Assembly (NCBI GenBank): GCA_963727895.1
Contig: CAVSHT010000009.1
Coordinates: 352,001 to 416,000 of the forward strand
Origin: an uncultured Methanosarcinaceae archaeon
Lineage (GTDB): Archaea > Halobacteriota > Methanosarcinia > Methanosarcinales > Methanosarcinaceae
Length of the DNA stretch: 64,000 bases
Direction: 5' to 3'
The notes under the pieces were generated by a model that worked only from the letters and a program-made list of their open reading frames with translations, did not search any database and had not been told where the DNA came from. A program made the translations under genes and the position numbers. Shown piece after piece: positions 10,228 through 20,840 of the stretch (within the stretch, counting starts at the first letter, position 1; the number at the start of each line of letters is the position of its first letter).

Positions 10228-10484
10228 ATTTCTAAACCTCCGTTTTAGTTTTTAACAAAAAGGTTATACTGCCTTCGGGTCTGCAGTCCCAATATGTCAG
10301 TATCGTAAAGTCCCAGCTTTACCTCCGTGAAGTCCTTTCTTTCTGGGTATTCAGCCCTAGAAAAATCTATAAAACACCTGTTCTACAGGATTTTATCACT
10401 AGATTTCCCTCATCATCTACCACGAAAGAAGATAATCCTTCTCACCAGAACTTTTCCTTTTTAATTGATTTGCGTGTCTGCGAA

Positions 10485-10524
10485 TGCAAGAAACACCTAT
10501 ACATTGCAAGAAACGCCTATACAT
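10485..10524. repeat. 20-bp tandem duplication upstream of mtaC
   Basis: tgcaagaaacacctatacat followed by tgcaagaaacgcctatacat. Confidence 0.85.
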
Positions 10525-10904
10525 TATAAGAAGGGGAAATTATCACATATACCATAATCGATGAAAATTTTTCCCGATTTATTATGAAGAAATATAAGAT
10601 CCAAAATTTTGAATTGGATCCATAGCTTTTTGACCTCGAAATTTTTGCGCTTATATACCTAGAGAAACTAGAAACAAATTTTGAGTACTGATTAACCAAT
10701 GTTTAGTATTAATATGCACAAACATAAAACAGAGCAAATATTTTCAAACAATGAGAGTATTTAGATAAAGCCCGTCAAAAATTTCAATGTTCTTGTTGTA
10801 CTCTCTAAATTTCCCATAAATTGACAATACGGTTAGTTAAGATACGAATAAATTAAAAATAGGTTTAATGATAGCGTTTTCATTGGAATAGTGGACTTTA
10901 CCAC

Positions 10905-10976
10905 ACACTTTTATATAAAAATTACTGAGTATCGTCCTATTTAAAATTATTAATCCAAACCCTTTTATATAAATGG
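10905..10976. promoter_or_regulatory. Candidate divergent BRE/TATA promoters between mtaCB and msrAB
   Basis: TTTTTATATA on the minus strand at about 10913-10922 and CCAAACCCTTTTATATA on the plus strand at about 10955-10971. Confidence 0.4.
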
Positions 10977-11137
10977 ACATATCAAATCTTCCTAAGATAT
11001 GGCACAAGTGCTTCTTCCTATTCAGGTTATACCAAACCAGAATGGAACTCGAATTTTTCATCCGTCTTTTTGCGGAGATTATAGTGCCAAATCGTAGAGA
11101 TTATATACTATACAAAAACGCGATAGAAGTGGTTTGA

Positions 11138-11998
11138 ATGCAACATGAGTTAATAGATGTCGTATTTCGTTCCCAGAAAAGAAGAGACCTCCTTTTACTC
11201 CTGGGAGAGAAACCAAGAACAATGGAAGAAATTAAGACACTCCTTGATGTTTCTCCCACAGCTATCTTACCCCAGATAAAAAGGCTTACAGATAGTGATC
11301 TAGTTATCCAAAAAAATGGCAGTTATGAATTGACAGATATGGGAGAAGAAGTCTGTAAAAAAGTTCAATCCCTTGTTAATGTCCTTACTTTACTTGAACA
11401 AGGCAATTACTGGATAGAACATGACCTGAGTGGAATTCCAAAGTATCTTCTCGACAGAATAGGAGATCTAAAGGATTGCAAGCTGGTTGAAGCGGATCCA
11501 AGCCATATTTTTGAGCCAAGCACGGAACTTTTGGAGTTTTTCTCCTCATCATGTTATCTTATGGTATTTTCGTCCTTCTACAGACCTGAGTTTCTTCCCC
11601 TTTATACAAGACTCGGAAGGCTGGAATCAGATATAACTCTTATTTTCACTGAGTCAGTACTTGAAAAAATAACTCACAACTATGAAAGGAAAATAAAGAA
11701 ACTTGCCACGCTGGAAAACACTGAACTTTTTGTATGTAATGACGGGATAAAGTTGGCTGAACTTATGGTCTCAGACCGTGGAATGATGATTTCTCTCTTT
11801 GACAGTAACGGTAGGTTTTATTATGATTATATGTGTTCTTCCAAACCTGAAGCAATAAACTGGGCAAAAAAGCTTATTGAATTTTATAAATCAAGAGCCT
11901 GGGAGATAGAAGGAGAGCAATGTATTGATAATTTCATCTGTACCGAGAATGAAAATTCGGAATCTATGATGTTATCTATGATGTTCAGCCTTCACTAA
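11138..11998 (+). CDS. msrA: Methanol-specific regulator A (ArsR-like wHTH plus methanogen effector domain; not methionine sulfoxide reductase)
   Basis: SQKRRDLLLLL wHTH; HDLSGIPKYLLDRIGDL motif; divergent from mtaCB1, as known in Methanosarcina. Confidence 0.8.
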   Translation: MQHELIDVVFRSQKRRDLLLLLGEKPRTMEEIKTLLDVSPTAILPQIKRLTDSDLVIQKNGSYELTDMGEEVCKKVQSLVNVLTLLEQGNYWIEHDLSGIPKYLLDRIGDLKDCKLVEADPSHIFEPSTELLEFFSSSCYLMVFSSFYRPEFLPLYTRLGRLESDITLIFTESVLEKITHNYERKIKKLATLENTELFVCNDGIKLAELMVSDRGMMISLFDSNGRFYYDYMCSSKPEAINWAKKLIEFYKSRAWEIEGEQCIDNFICTENENSESMMLSMMFSLH

Positions 11999-12106
11999 TA
12001 TATGTGAAGGAATTTGTAAAGCAGTTTTTATAGATATATATTTTAGAAATAGATTCCTCAAATCAAATTATCTCATCCCAGAATTTCCGTCAGGAGGTTA
12101 AATTAA

Positions 12107-12898
12107 ATGAGCATGGAACTGCAATTAATAGATACAATTTTTTTTTCAGACAAAAGAAAGAACTTGCTTTTACTCCTAAAGGACGGGCCAAAAACAATTG
12201 AGGAAATCAAGACCAGACTTGAAGTCAGTTCCAGTCCTATAATGGCTCAGATCCGTATTTTGCTCAAAGAAGGACTGCTGGTTCAAAAAGACGACAGCTA
12301 TGAACTTTCATTAAAAGGAAAGCTGATTGTTCCAAAAATGGAGCCTCTTCTTTCCACTTTTCAGGTTTTCGATGAGAACCATGATTACTGGGCAAGGCAG
12401 AATTTGCGGACACTCCCTCTACACCTGCTGGAAAGAATTGGAGAGCTTGGAAGTTGTAGGGAACTTATACCTGAGAGAACCCATATTTTTGATTACCCTC
12501 CTGAAATTATGGACCCTCTTTATAAATCAAAAACAGTTATGGAAGTCTCTTCTTTTTTCCGTCCCGGATACCCGAGCCTCTATCTGGACCTTGCAAAAAG
12601 AGGTATTGAAGTATCTCTTATTCTGGAAAGACCAATCTATGAAAGACTGACCTCCGATTTTCGAGCAGATGTGGAAGAATTCTTAAACCTGAAAAATGCG
12701 AATATATTTGTCTGTGACAATAAAATTGAACTTGCTTCCAGTATTGTTACCGATCGCTTCATCTCACTATCAATGATCTCTAAAGAAGGAAGATATTATA
12801 ATCATGAAATGATAAGCTTTGAAAAAAGCGCTCTTTCATGGGGTCATGAGCTATTTGACTACTATAAAGACCTGTCCGAACAAATAACCCAAATTTAA
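12107..12898 (+). CDS. msrB: Methanol-specific regulator B (ArsR-like wHTH)
   Basis: SDKRKNLLLLLKDGPKT wHTH; paralog of the preceding gene; position next to mtaCB1. Confidence 0.8.
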   Translation: MSMELQLIDTIFFSDKRKNLLLLLKDGPKTIEEIKTRLEVSSSPIMAQIRILLKEGLLVQKDDSYELSLKGKLIVPKMEPLLSTFQVFDENHDYWARQNLRTLPLHLLERIGELGSCRELIPERTHIFDYPPEIMDPLYKSKTVMEVSSFFRPGYPSLYLDLAKRGIEVSLILERPIYERLTSDFRADVEEFLNLKNANIFVCDNKIELASSIVTDRFISLSMISKEGRYYNHEMISFEKSALSWGHELFDYYKDLSEQITQI

Positions 12899-12962
12899 TT
12901 TTAATCAATTGATTTATATTTCACAAAGCTTGAAATAATCTTGAATTTTACCTGATGAAGAG

Positions 12963-13439
12963 ATGAAAAAAAAAGGTTTTCCAGCGATCATTGACGAAAA
13001 TACTGAAATCCTGATTCTTGGATCTCTTCCAAGCGATATTTCGATCAAAAAACATCAGTATTATGGAAATCCAGGAAATGATTTCTGGAGGCTGCTTGGC
13101 AGTATTATAGAAGAGAACCTTCAGGATCTGAATTATCAAAACAGGCTTGAAACTCTGAAACGTAATAAAATAGGGCTTTGGGATGTGTTTAAAGCTGGAA
13201 AAAGAGAAGGAAGCCAGGATTCAAAGATCAAAAATGAAGAAATAAATCAGTTTTCAATGTTGAAAGAATTAGCTCCGTCTCTAAAATTGGTTCTTTTTAA
13301 TGGTAGGAAATCTGGAAAATATGAACAGGTCCTGAAGGCAATGGGATATGAAACAAAAATCCTTCCTTCTTCAAGTGGAGCAAACCGTAGATTTCTAGAA
13401 AAGAGAAAGTTAGAATGGGAAGCAGCTTTCAAACGTTAA
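12963..13439 (+). CDS. DNA-deoxyinosine glycosylase (UDG family 6)
   Basis: ILILGSLPS, QYYGNPGNDFW, IGLWDV, FNG and LPSSSGAN motifs. Confidence 0.88.
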   Translation: MKKKGFPAIIDENTEILILGSLPSDISIKKHQYYGNPGNDFWRLLGSIIEENLQDLNYQNRLETLKRNKIGLWDVFKAGKREGSQDSKIKNEEINQFSMLKELAPSLKLVLFNGRKSGKYEQVLKAMGYETKILPSSSGANRRFLEKRKLEWEAAFKR

Positions 13440-14112
13440 TTTTCGTTTGCTTCACGTCCTTCGCAATTGAATATTTTGAGTTTTATGCGAATTTCGGTTA
13501 TTTTTTGCTTTTTTGAGGGATTGCAGTCATTAAATGTTGGAAAATTATGTATAATAGGTTTTACTGGATTATTTAATGAAATTTATTATGAAATAATCAA
13601 AATTAAATAAAATAACAGTAAATGATACTCTCAAACAAAAGGTCAGTAAAGAGGGATAGTTTCTTGTTTTTTAACCACAGTCTGTTACGTATAAATCATT
13701 GTGCAAAAGAAGTCCTTAACTGATAAACCAATAAAACTTGGTATAATCCCCTAAATATAGCCTAATTCTTCAAATTTAGTGTAATCCCATCAAATTTGAC
13801 ATAATTTTTCAAAAAAGAGGATAAAAAGCTGGAAATAGCTTGAGTATACCTTTGAACAACATCAAAAAACGAAAAGACTGTGTACAGTACATATTTTTTA
13901 ATAATAAGGAAAACTAATTCGGCTTATTTTATTTATATTCCAGTTGTATACATTTACGCTCAAAGATAAAATAAACTTAGCTTTATCATTTCAAGATAAG
14001 GGTGTGGGATCTGAATATTTAAAAAAATGTAATTTTTCCATTGTTACAGATATTCTTGAGCCTGCGAATATTAAAACGTAGCGTGGAATAGTGAAATTAA
14101 TGGAAGACTAAC

Positions 14113-14631
14113 ATGAAGAAATTAGTTATATTACTGATTATGCTTATATCAGTACTTTTTACAGCTGGATGTAGTGAAAATTCGAAAAATGCCACAAACT
14201 CTGTTACGCAAGTGGACAATAATGTTGTTGCTATAACCCAACTGGAACAGATAAACAAATCTTTAGAAAAAACTCCAGTCTTTGTAAAGATAGGAGCTAG
14301 ATGGTGTCCAGAATGTCGGTCTTTAAAGCCCGTACTTGACAAACTAGCAGTAGAATACCAGGGAAAAGCAACTATTGCGGCCATAGATGTAGATAAAAGC
14401 CCAGAAATTGGGAGATATTTTGGGGTAGAGATTATTCCATATTCATTTGTAGTTACGGGTATTGAAAATGGAAAATATATATACATGCAGAAGGATGGAA
14501 ATGTCAGCACGGATATTTCCCAGGCAAGATTTGTTGGACGAAATGAGACTGATGAAGAAATGTTTAAAAAAGTTTTGAATAACTCACTTCTTCAACAGAA
14601 AAAAGAGAGTTCAAACGAAACGAAACAATGA
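14113..14631 (+). CDS. Exported thioredoxin-family lipoprotein
   Basis: Signal peptide with lipobox TAGC; WCPEC active site. Confidence 0.85.
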   Translation: MKKLVILLIMLISVLFTAGCSENSKNATNSVTQVDNNVVAITQLEQINKSLEKTPVFVKIGARWCPECRSLKPVLDKLAVEYQGKATIAAIDVDKSPEIGRYFGVEIIPYSFVVTGIENGKYIYMQKDGNVSTDISQARFVGRNETDEEMFKKVLNNSLLQQKKESSNETKQ

Positions 14632-14729
14632 AAATATGATTACTCTCAAAAAGCCGAATGAGCTAGAAAATCAAAGTTTCAGATAAAATGCAGAGTTATG
14701 AATAAAGATAAAAAATCAAGAGGATAATT

Positions 14730-14963
14730 ATGGTTTGTCCAGTTTGTGTGGTTGGGGGAATTGGATTTATTCTCAGTAGGATTTTTGGGTTTCCAGATGT
14801 CTGCGTTGCCTTTATTGTCGGGATGTTGGCGACCTCTACGGCTTACTGGGCAAATCATCTCATGACAAAGAGATGGAAGAAAATAAAAGGTCAACTTGTG
14901 GCACTTAATATCATATCAGGAATTATGTTTTTATATTCTCTAAAATGGATTGGATTGTGGTAA
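14730..14963 (+). CDS. Small membrane protein with N-terminal CPVC motif
   Basis: 77 aa with about 3 hydrophobic segments; GAGG SD upstream. Confidence 0.7.
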   Translation: MVCPVCVVGGIGFILSRIFGFPDVCVAFIVGMLATSTAYWANHLMTKRWKKIKGQLVALNIISGIMFLYSLKWIGLW

Positions 14964-15041
14964 GACAGTAGATATGAAAAAATAGAAAAAGAAATAGAGA
15001 AATCGAAGAGTTAAAAATAAATAAGAAAATTCGAAGTTTCA

Positions 15042-17105
15042 TTATTTTTTGTTTTGAATTAAATATCCAATTATCACTATTATTACTCCACAACCCATAA
15101 TACCTAATAAAAAAGTTAGGTTGCTAGACTTTAATGAAGAATTAGAAGAACTTGCGTTAACATTTGCGTTAACATAAGTTTCTGTATTGTTCATCTGTTT
15201 ATATGTACAGTTTGAACTAACTATAGTCGGTATTTCAGGCATTGAAGAGATATCATTTGCAGATATTTTAATATTATATTGATCCAGATTAGGCGTTAAT
15301 GTGGTGGTGTACTTCTTTCCATCTGCGGTAATTGTTACAATTTTATATGTGACATATTGAGTCAAATGGAAATTTACTCTACCGTCATTATTTGTCCATG
15401 CACAAAAATTCGGTTTTTCAGTATTGGGATCATTATTTGGCGTATAAATCTGAACTTCGCACCCAGGAACTTTCTCATTTGAATCAGTAACATATAACTG
15501 TACATAGTGTGGTGCACAATAATTTGGTGCTTCAGTCATTTTCAAATTTAGTTCTGTGTTTATACCTGTCATATTGATTGGCAATTTTGGACTGTTAAGA
15601 TAGCCTGGTGCTGAAGCAGTTAAACAGTATTTGCCTGTGTCACTGGTCGTAGTAAACTGGTAAAGTCCATCAACATCGGTAATTTGAGTACAATTCCATG
15701 TATTATTTGATAACGTAATTACAGCACCCTGAACAGGTTTACCCGTGGCTGCATCAATTAAATATCCAAATATACCGGAAGAAACTGTAGCAGATTTTTT
15801 ACCGCATACTGTGAACAAACTTACAGGACTGTTGTATACCCATGAATTGTGAACTTTATCATATGCACCGATTTTTATAGCAAACGACCCGTTGTGGCTT
15901 ATTGGTATATTTGCAGATGTTTGTGAAGTTTTAAGACTGTAGATTAAGTGAGAAGAATCTAATTTTGATGTGCTGTTATATACATTAATAGAATAACTGG
16001 TTGCATTCAAATATGTCCAGCTTATACTCACATATCCGTTAACAGTTGAAATTTTACTGCCATTCGCTGGAAAAGTAACTGAAGGCACTACAGAACCATT
16101 GTAAGCAGGTAAATTTTTTGTACCGTTTTCTGCAACATACCCACGATCTTTTGTACCTCTGGAGCAGGAATAAGTGCTAGTTACAATATTGCCGGTTGAT
16201 TTAATATTCAGACCACTAATTCCATCATATGCAGGACTGTGATAGAAAATATTATTTGAAACAGTGCCTCTGCCTGAACAATTACCATCAGCTGAATCCT
16301 GATAGATTGTATTTAATTGAAGGGTTGAGAATATATTATCACAAATACTAAGACCTGTTACATTTCCTCCCATAACTTCTACACCAGCATTACCAGAACC
16401 GGTCTCAGTGTAAAAAGTATTCTTGCAAATCTGGACGTTTTTAGTATTATGAATTTTAATGCAAGAATTTATGAAAGTGCCCCAGCAATTGTTATATATG
16501 GAAATTCCATCTCCTGCAGACCATGCATCAAAACTGTCATGCCCGGGTTTACACACTGTATTATAAACCTTGACATTGCTGGTATTTTTTTTGCAGGAAA
16601 TAAAGTCTCCCATACTGTATTGCATTTTTAAGTCATGAATAACTACATCTGAACAGCCAGACAAAAAAATTCCTTTTTCATATTCCCTATACTTGTTTTT
16701 TGCCGAATGCATTATGCTTAAAGATCCCCAACCACCGTCAATTAAGAAATTTGAAATTTCAATATCAGAAACACCATTGCAGTTAATGATATTTTGAGTT
16801 GCAAAATTAGATTCAGGATTATCACAATAGATAACGGTTGCACCAATTCCATTTCCATTAAGGTTTACTCCTGATTTCATGATAATAGGTGAACTTATGT
16901 GAAAAGTAATTGGTGCAAGCTGTACAGTGTCACCTGAATTTGCTGATTGTATGGCAGCGTTAATAATATTCTGGTCGTCTGAACCTGTAGGACTAAAAAA
17001 AGTTCCTGGACCAACATTGATAACTTCAGCTGAACAATTTGCTGAAAAAAAACATACAAACAAAAGTAGAGAAATGAAAAAATTATGAGGTTTAATACAT
17101 ACCAT
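15042..17105 (-). CDS. Membrane-anchored cell-surface protein (pectin-lyase-like beta-helix plus carboxypeptidase-regulatory-like domain)
   Basis: Signal peptide; DDQNIINAAI beta-helix cap; GYLIDAATGKPVQGAVITL..TDVDGLYQF..ASAPGY; C-terminal TM plus basic tail. Confidence 0.75.
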   Translation of the reverse strand: MVCIKPHNFFISLLLFVCFFSANCSAEVINVGPGTFFSPTGSDDQNIINAAIQSANSGDTVQLAPITFHISSPIIMKSGVNLNGNGIGATVIYCDNPESNFATQNIINCNGVSDIEISNFLIDGGWGSLSIMHSAKNKYREYEKGIFLSGCSDVVIHDLKMQYSMGDFISCKKNTSNVKVYNTVCKPGHDSFDAWSAGDGISIYNNCWGTFINSCIKIHNTKNVQICKNTFYTETGSGNAGVEVMGGNVTGLSICDNIFSTLQLNTIYQDSADGNCSGRGTVSNNIFYHSPAYDGISGLNIKSTGNIVTSTYSCSRGTKDRGYVAENGTKNLPAYNGSVVPSVTFPANGSKISTVNGYVSISWTYLNATSYSINVYNSTSKLDSSHLIYSLKTSQTSANIPISHNGSFAIKIGAYDKVHNSWVYNSPVSLFTVCGKKSATVSSGIFGYLIDAATGKPVQGAVITLSNNTWNCTQITDVDGLYQFTTTSDTGKYCLTASAPGYLNSPKLPINMTGINTELNLKMTEAPNYCAPHYVQLYVTDSNEKVPGCEVQIYTPNNDPNTEKPNFCAWTNNDGRVNFHLTQYVTYKIVTITADGKKYTTTLTPNLDQYNIKISANDISSMPEIPTIVSSNCTYKQMNNTETYVNANVNASSSNSSLKSSNLTFLLGIMGCGVIIVIIGYLIQNKK

Positions 17106-17298
17106 AAATTATTCTATAGCATTATTGTCTTAAATTTTTTATTATTACTTTCTCTTTAATCATCAAAGTTAAGTTCCAAATGTAAATAATTTGCTCATTT
17201 ATCTTTTTAGTCTCTCACTCTTTAAGTATAAATGACAATATTTAACTTGTTCATTGTTGATAAAGGACAGATAAACGTTTGTAGCAAAGGAAAGGTAC

Positions 17299-18653
17299 AT
17301 GGATTTAAGAGAAGTAATTAGGAAATATAAACAATTTAAGGTCCCTTCTTTATCGGAAATTCAAAAGAAGGCGAACCAACACTCAAAAACAAGCCTAGTT
17401 ATTATCATTCTTCTTTTTGCTCTTTTGCTTTTGGCACTTCAATACATTCCTCATAATCAAGTAGCTCAATTTAATATCACGAATCAAAAAGACTTAGCTG
17501 ATGCTGAAAACAGTTATCGAGCGACATTAGCTCAAATATATGGTGGCGTTGCTATTGCTATTGGTATTTATTACACATGGCGTAGGATCACGATAGCTGA
17601 GGAAGATTTGAAAGCAACTCAGGAAAATCTTAAGGTTGCCCGAGAAACCAGATTACTGAACGCTTTACAAGAGCTGTTGAGCAGTTAGGAGCTATTGATA
17701 ACTTAGGAAATCCAGCAATTGAGATTCGATGAGGTGGAATATATGCACTTGAAAGAATCGCAAATGAATCTGAAAAAGACTACTGGCCAATTATGGAGAT
17801 TTTAACGGCATATATTAGAAAGAATTCACATGTTGAATATGGGGAAAGAACCTTTCATTTTGAATATTCCAATGCTCATAAAGAGAGTATAGAAATTGAA
17901 GATCGAAAAATGCAAGATCGAGTCTCTTTGGACATTCACGCAATTATTACTGTAATTAGGAGACGCAAGCATTTATTAAATTATGGAGAAGCTGACCATC
18001 TAGATCTACAAGGAACTAACCTACGAGAAGCTAACTTTCAAGGAGCCAATCTTCAAGGGACTGATTTTAAATGGACTTACTTTGGAGGAGCTAACTTTAG
18101 AGAGGCTAAACTTCAAGAAGCAGATCTAGAAGATGCTAATCTTCAAGAAGTTATCTTTGTAGATGCTGACCTTGCAGGAGCTAATCTTACAGGAACTTAT
18201 CTTAGAGGAACTAACCTAATTAATGCTAACCTTAAAGAAATTAACCTTAATGGGGCAGATTTAAGAAAAGCTTTCCTTCAAGGGATCAATCTTCAAGATG
18301 CTACTCTTATATTAGCAAACTTTGAAAGAGTAAATCTTGAAGGGGCTAACCTTAAAGATACTGACCTTATGGATGCTAATCTTGACAGGACTAACCTTAG
18401 AGATGCTAACCTTGGAGGAGCTAACCTTTTAGGAGCTTACCTTGGAGACGCTCACTTTGAAGGAACTAATTTTGGAAGAGCAAACTTTGAAATGGCTAAC
18501 CTTGAATATGCGGAATTGAAAGGAGCAAAAAATCTTACAGTTGACCAGCTCTCAAAAGTGAAAACGCTTTATAAGGCAGAATTAGACCCAGAGCTAGAAG
18601 AAGAATTAAGAGCGAAAGGCTTTGGTAAACTAATTGACGATGAACCAAAGTGA
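17299..18653 (+). pseudogene. Pentapeptide-repeat membrane protein, disrupted
   Basis: Frameshift near 17641-17648 and in-frame TGA at 17730-17732 in QITERFTRAVEQLG..EIR*GGIYALERIA; A(N/D)L repeats downstream. Confidence 0.85.
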
Positions 18654-18771
18654 TGAACTGTGAATTATCAAATCTGAAAGGTCAATTCCGACACGCGTTC
18701 CTTTTCTTTTTGTCTTCATAAAAATCACAAATTTAACCAAGTTTTAATATCATTTAGACTTTCTATACTTT

Positions 18772-19587
18772 ATGGACCATACATATGAAGAATTAAGAAC
18801 GGCAGCAATAGATATATTGGCAGGAAGAGAAAAGACTGTTCAAGGACCATTTCAATACGGGGAGTTAAGTAATTATGTTAAAAGTGTACTGGATAATAGA
18901 GAAAATGGTAGAAATCCAGGCAAGCATAGTTTGTCATATGAACTATCATATCAGGATAGTGATGTATTTCTTGAAGTTTTTTGGGATCTTTTCAGACAAG
19001 GAATAATAACTATAGGTCTTAATAATTCAAACAGAAATTTTCCATTTTTTAGAGTTTCTGCACATGACAAGCGAATTCTTGAAAATCAGGATGTCTACTG
19101 TTATCATGACGTTTCAAGCTATGAAACTGTTATTAAACAGCAAGTACCAAACATTGATGACGTAACTTTGATTTATCTCAAAGAAGCAATGCAGTCATTC
19201 TACAGCGGTTGTTACTTATCATCATCGGTTATTCTTGGAGTTGCTTCAGAGCATACATTTTTGAAATTATTGGAAAAAATCGAGACTATCGGAACGTATA
19301 AGTCAACATTTAAGAAAGCATTTGATGAACGAAATATTTCAAAGAAGTTTGAAGCATTCAAAAACAGGTTAAAACAAGAAATAGGTAACAACAATATATC
19401 TCTACCAGATGAAATAAAAGAAAATCTGGATACAAACCTTGATGGCATAATGAACACCATACGTAACTTCCGTAATGACTCTGGACATCCTAGTGGAAAT
19501 ATAATCAGTCGGGAACAATGCTACGTGAATTTAAATCTCTTTATCCCATACTGCAAAAAAGCCTATCAGTTGATTGATTATTTTTAG
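18772..19587 (+). CDS. Hypothetical protein with HEPN-like C-terminal domain
   Basis: EAMQSFYSGCYLSSSVILGVASE helix and RNDSGH (Rx4H) motif. Confidence 0.6.
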   Translation: MDHTYEELRTAAIDILAGREKTVQGPFQYGELSNYVKSVLDNRENGRNPGKHSLSYELSYQDSDVFLEVFWDLFRQGIITIGLNNSNRNFPFFRVSAHDKRILENQDVYCYHDVSSYETVIKQQVPNIDDVTLIYLKEAMQSFYSGCYLSSSVILGVASEHTFLKLLEKIETIGTYKSTFKKAFDERNISKKFEAFKNRLKQEIGNNNISLPDEIKENLDTNLDGIMNTIRNFRNDSGHPSGNIISREQCYVNLNLFIPYCKKAYQLIDYF

Positions 19588-19613
19588 ATTTAGAGAATTA
19601 AAGCAAAACGAAA

Positions 19614-19660
19614 AAGTGGACCCGCTGAAATTCGAATTCAAGACCTCTACCGTTGTGAAG
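19614..19660 (-). repeat. Degenerate copy of the tRNA-Val 3' half (att-like direct repeat)
   Basis: aagtggacccgctgaaattcgaattcaagacctctaccgttgtgaag aligns to 21722-21767 with 6 mismatches and a 1-nt insertion. Confidence 0.85.
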
Positions 19661-19846
19661 ACTGAAATATGAGATTTATGCACCATTATTAACAAACCAA
19701 ATACGATAAATATTTCTTTCCCAGTAAATGAGTTGGGTAATGCCTTCTTGCGATGATCTTGAAATGCCATGAATTGCAATTAACTTGAAGACTCACTAGA
19801 GATTGAAACATAGCCTATAAGTAGTGAATATCCAGAAGGCTTAAAA

Positions 19847-20002
19847 TTGGGAAAAAAAAGAATATCTAGCCTGAATATAATCATGGCTGTTGTTTCCTAT
19901 TTAATATGTGGTTATGCGACCTGGAAGTACAATTTAGATCCTTCTAGCAATCGCTTAATTGCTGTAGCCCTTTTAATTTTGAGCTTCACATTAGACCTAT
20001 AA
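19847..20002 (+). CDS. Possible 51-aa two-TM peptide or gene remnant
   Basis: TTG-started LGKKRISSLNIIMAVVSYLICGYATWKYNLDPSSNRLIAVALLILSFTLDL. Confidence 0.3.
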   Translation: MGKKRISSLNIIMAVVSYLICGYATWKYNLDPSSNRLIAVALLILSFTLDL

Positions 20003-20360
20003 CTGATATTTTGTAGGAAAATAAAACATGGCCGAAGAATATATTGAATGCTGGAAAAACAAATTACGTATTATTCCTCAGAAATGAAGCTTTTTCTACG
20101 TATTATTCTTCAAAAAAGTCTTAAAACCTCTAAATCATAAAGTATAATAAATAATAATTTACATGTTTATTATAAAATATCAAGATCGTTTATAATAAAT
20201 TGTCTTTTTTGCATCCATTTTACCTATTTCATATATGAATTTTTTAGATTACATGATTTTTAAACAATTTATATTTTAAATAAAAAAGTTTAAGAATCAA
20301 ACAAGCTAAAATTATAAACATTATTTTTATGAAAATAAAAAAAGATAATGAAGTAGATAA

Positions 20361-20840
20361 ATGCAAAATAACAAAAAATTGTATATCTTGCCTTTTATTT
20401 CTGTAATTGCTATTTTATTTTTAATTGTTATTTCGTCTACGGCTTTAGCGTCGATCACTGAAACTCAGATTACAAACTATGGAAAAGCAGGAAGTCCTGC
20501 AATCTATGGAAACAAAATAATTTGGAGTGATATTAATACTGGAGTCTCGAAAATTCATATTTATGATATGTCCACTAAAAAACAGAGTTATATAAACAGT
20601 TCAGCAAGCAAGATGAATCCTGCTATTTATGGAAACAAGGTAGTGTATGAAGACCTTCGGAATGGTGGACCTGATATTTATATGTATGACATTTCTTCTA
20701 AAAAAGAGACTCAAATCACTAATTTAGAAAATGCAGTTTATCCTCATATATTTGGAAATATTATTGCATGGGATACAGAATCGGGTTACAGTGTTGGCAT
20801 ATATGATTATACCACTAAAAAAAAGGGCATTGTTACTTAA
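20361..20840 (+). pseudogene. Methanosarcina beta-propeller cell-surface protein truncated by an IS
   Basis: Signal peptide; PAIYGNKIIW and EDLRNGGPDIYMYDIS..KETQIT repeats; the frame ends inside the IS terminal repeat that starts at 20826. Confidence 0.85.

Noticed and set aside
17730..17732. Selenocysteine TGA in the pentapeptide gene
   Set aside because: The position corresponds to Leu in the RLGGIYALE motif, a frameshift lies upstream, and Methanosarcina is not known to encode Sec.
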